Origin: Trueperaceae bacterium
Lineage (GTDB): Bacteria > Deinococcota > Deinococci > Deinococcales > Trueperaceae
Assembly (NCBI GenBank): GCA_965213705.1
Contig: OZ243913.1
Location: 3,552,001-3,616,000, forward strand
Direction of reading: 5' to 3'
Length of the DNA: 64,000 nucleotides
Shown here: positions 61,787-64,000 of the stretch, piece by piece
Numbering within the stretch: the stretch's first letter is position 1
Layout: every line of letters begins with the position of its first letter
Notes under the pieces: generated by a model
What the model was told of the DNA's origin: nothing
What the model saw: only the letters and a program-made list of their open reading frames with translations
The model's database searches: none
Made by a program: the position numbers and the translations under genes

Positions 61787-63565
61787 TTAGCCACGCCGCA
61801 CCAGCAGCGCGCCCTCGCGCCCAAAGCGCACCTCGTTCTCGCCAAAAGCGGGCGGCTCAGGCGCGTCTGTATAAGCCTCAGCCTCGCTGCGCCACAGTTC
61901 GGTGAAGGGGAACCCCAGCGGCAAGCTCACAGCGGGCTCGAGCGCGACAAGCAGCGTGTGCCGCCCGCGCGCCACGACCAGCCCGCCCGGCACCGGGCTT
62001 ACCGCGACGGCGCTACCCTGAAGCGTTCGGCGCAACGCCAGCAGGTCTTTATACAATGCTAGCGTTCGGGCGTGAGCCGGTTCGTCAAGCTCCGCCCACG
62101 CGAGCTTGCTCGCTCTAAAAGTCGTCTCGGCCTGCGGGTCGGGAACTTCGCTGTCAAGTTCGCCACCGAAACCGGGAAAGTCACCGAACTCTTCCTTGCG
62201 GCCTTCTCTCACAAGTGCGCCTAACTTGGGTTCGTGGTCGGTAAAAAACTGGAACGGCGTGCCCGCCGCCCACTCCTGGCCCATGAACAGCAGCGGCAGC
62301 GCGGGGCAAAAGAGCAGCAGCGCGCTCGCCGCGCGGTAGGCGGCGGGCGTGACGACCGCGTTCAGCCGGTCGCCGAGCGGACGGTTGCCTGTTTGGTCGT
62401 GGTTTTGAAGGCAGTAGACGAGTTGGTCGGGCCGGACTTGCTCAGGGCTCGAGCCGCGCGGTACACCGGTGGGCTCGTGCAGCCGTCCGTCGAAGTACCA
62501 GCCGCGCGTGACGGTTTCGGCCAGCGCCGCGCTCTCGCCCGAAAAGGCCGCGAAGTAGGTGTGGCGGTCGCCGGTGAGCGCGCGGCGCAGGTGGTGGTGG
62601 AAGTCGTCGGCCCAGACGCCGTCCAGGCCGTAGCCGCCCTCGGCCTGCGGCAACACGACGAGATTTTCGTTGCGATAGTCCTCGCCTATCAGGATGCGTT
62701 TGGGACCGGGCAGGGCTTCGACCGCGTTCACCAACTCGGCCAGAAAGTGCTGCGGGCCGTCGTCGTAGAGCGCGAAGATGGCGTCGAGCCGAAAGCCGTC
62801 TAAGTGGTATTCGGACAGCCACATGAGGGCGTTCGCGAGAAAAAAGCGCCGCACCGCCGGGCGTTCCAAGTTGACCGCCTTACCCCACGGCGTGCTGTAG
62901 CGGTCGGTGAGCACCTGCTCGTCAAAGGCGACCGGGTAAGCGCCGTCCGGCCCGAAGTGGTTGTAGACGACGTCCAAAAACACCGCCAGGCCCTGCCGGT
63001 GCGCTTCGTCGACAAGTCGGCGCAAACTGTCGGGTCGGCCGTAGGCGCGCGACGGCGCGTAAAACGCCGCCGGGTCGTAGCCCCAGTTGCGCGCGCCGGG
63101 AAAGTCGGCGACGGGCAGCAGTTCCAAAGCTGTCACGCCCAAACTTTTGAGATAGGGCAGCTTGTCGACGACACCGTCGAAGGTGCCCTGTTCGGTGAAC
63201 GTGCCGACGTGAAGTTCGTAAAAGACGAGGTCTTTTTGCGGGACGCCCTGCCAATCGTGGTCGGTCCAGGCAAAGGTGCGCGCGTCTACGACTTCGGACG
63301 GGCCTTGGACCCCCTCGGGCTGAAAGCGTGAGGCCGGGTCGGGGTAAGTGTGAACGCTGTCCAGGCGGTAGCGGTAGCGCGCGCCGGCACTCACGCCCTC
63401 GGCCTCGAGCACAAAGTACCCCTCTTCGGGGGTCATGGACAGGGCTTTGCCCGAGGGCTCGAGCACTAGGTCGACCCGGCCGGCGTGCGGTGCCCAAACT
63501 CGAAAACGGGTACCGCGCCCGGTCGGCACCGCGCCCAACGTCAGGGGATTGTGTGAAAACGCCAT
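61787..63565 (-). CDS. treZ: malto-oligosyltrehalose trehalohydrolase (GH13)
   Basis: FRVWAP, PDPASRFQPEGV, YELHVGTFT, RNWGYD, DVVYNHFGP, RLDA, QNHDQ.GNR, FMGQEW. Confidence 0.95.
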   Translation of the reverse strand: MAFSHNPLTLGAVPTGRGTRFRVWAPHAGRVDLVLEPSGKALSMTPEEGYFVLEAEGVSAGARYRYRLDSVHTYPDPASRFQPEGVQGPSEVVDARTFAWTDHDWQGVPQKDLVFYELHVGTFTEQGTFDGVVDKLPYLKSLGVTALELLPVADFPGARNWGYDPAAFYAPSRAYGRPDSLRRLVDEAHRQGLAVFLDVVYNHFGPDGAYPVAFDEQVLTDRYSTPWGKAVNLERPAVRRFFLANALMWLSEYHLDGFRLDAIFALYDDGPQHFLAELVNAVEALPGPKRILIGEDYRNENLVVLPQAEGGYGLDGVWADDFHHHLRRALTGDRHTYFAAFSGESAALAETVTRGWYFDGRLHEPTGVPRGSSPEQVRPDQLVYCLQNHDQTGNRPLGDRLNAVVTPAAYRAASALLLFCPALPLLFMGQEWAAGTPFQFFTDHEPKLGALVREGRKEEFGDFPGFGGELDSEVPDPQAETTFRASKLAWAELDEPAHARTLALYKDLLALRRTLQGSAVAVSPVPGGLVVARGRHTLLVALEPAVSLPLGFPFTELWRSEAEAYTDAPEPPAFGENEVRFGREGALLVRRG

Positions 63566-63609
63566 ACCTCAGCCTAGCAAAACGGTGGGGCGAACGGTAA
63601 GCGCTCGGC

Positions 63610-63647
63610 AAAAAAAGACCAGTTCGCGCTCGGCGAACCGGTCTTTG
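63610..63647 (-). terminator. intrinsic terminator after the LysM gene
   Basis: AAAGACCAGTTCGC...GCGAACCGGTCTTT with a 7-T run on the minus strand. Confidence 0.75.
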
Positions 63648-63662
63648 TAAGGGCTCGAGGCT

Positions 63663-64000
63663 TTACGGAATAACCAGCACCATGCCCGTCAGCAGGGTGT
63701 CCGGGTCGTCCAACAAGTAGTCGTTGGCCTCGAACAGGTCGGTCCAGCGCGAACCGTCGCGGTAAAAGGTCGAAGCGATGCTGGACAGCGAGTCCAGCGG
63801 CTGCACGGTGTAGACCCCTTGCGCCCCGACCAGGTTGGCGACGGTGCGTTGGGCGGCCGCCAGTTGCGTCTGCACCTCGGCGACGCGGTCGGCGTCGGGA
63901 CTGTCCATCTGCAACAGGTCTCCGTACTCGGCCACTGTTTCCGCCGCGCGCTCTCGCGCCTGCGGCAAGCGCTCGTCGGCGGGGGCCAGGCGCTCTTCGA
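63663..64000 (-). CDS. LysM-domain protein, C-terminal part (5' end outside the window)
   Basis: YTVQPLDSLSSIA..FY....W..LFEAN....DPDTL..GM.LVIP. Confidence 0.85.
   Translation of the reverse strand, partial: EERLAPADERLPQARERAAETVAEYGDLLQMDSPDADRVAEVQTQLAAAQRTVANLVGAQGVYTVQPLDSLSSIASTFYRDGSRWTDLFEANDYLLDDPDTLLTGMVLVIP

Overview
GC-rich (roughly 60-65%, estimated by eye) bacterial chromosome segment. Gene content and a pervasive -10 box directly before start codons (leaderless architecture) point to Deinococcota, probably Trueperaceae-like; this is inference, not a database result. Housekeeping genes: rplS, fba, rqcH, groSL, rodZ-like, bamA, PNP, yggS, divIVA, sufU, lptF/G/D-like, plsX, tyrS, rplM-rpsI, uppP, gltX, ftsY. 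Accessory loci: paaABCD, a type III PKS + methyltransferase + flavin monooxygenase cluster just downstream of a GbsR-regulated Lol-like ABC/LolA/beta-barrel operon, aguAB, treZ, a ClC-CBS-RCK_C channel and three toxin-antitoxin loci (one intact, one with a nonsense-interrupted PIN toxin, one orphan hicB). No rRNA, tRNA, CRISPR array or transposase was recognised. The signals least explained by the gene calls are strong over-representation of the palindrome CTCGAG, a ~230-nt multi-hairpin intergenic ncRNA candidate at 12.5 kb, two families of small REP/RPE-like palindromic elements (one copy recruited into the sufU C-terminus), CIRCE plus HAIR operators at groSL, and several short degenerate tandem arrays.
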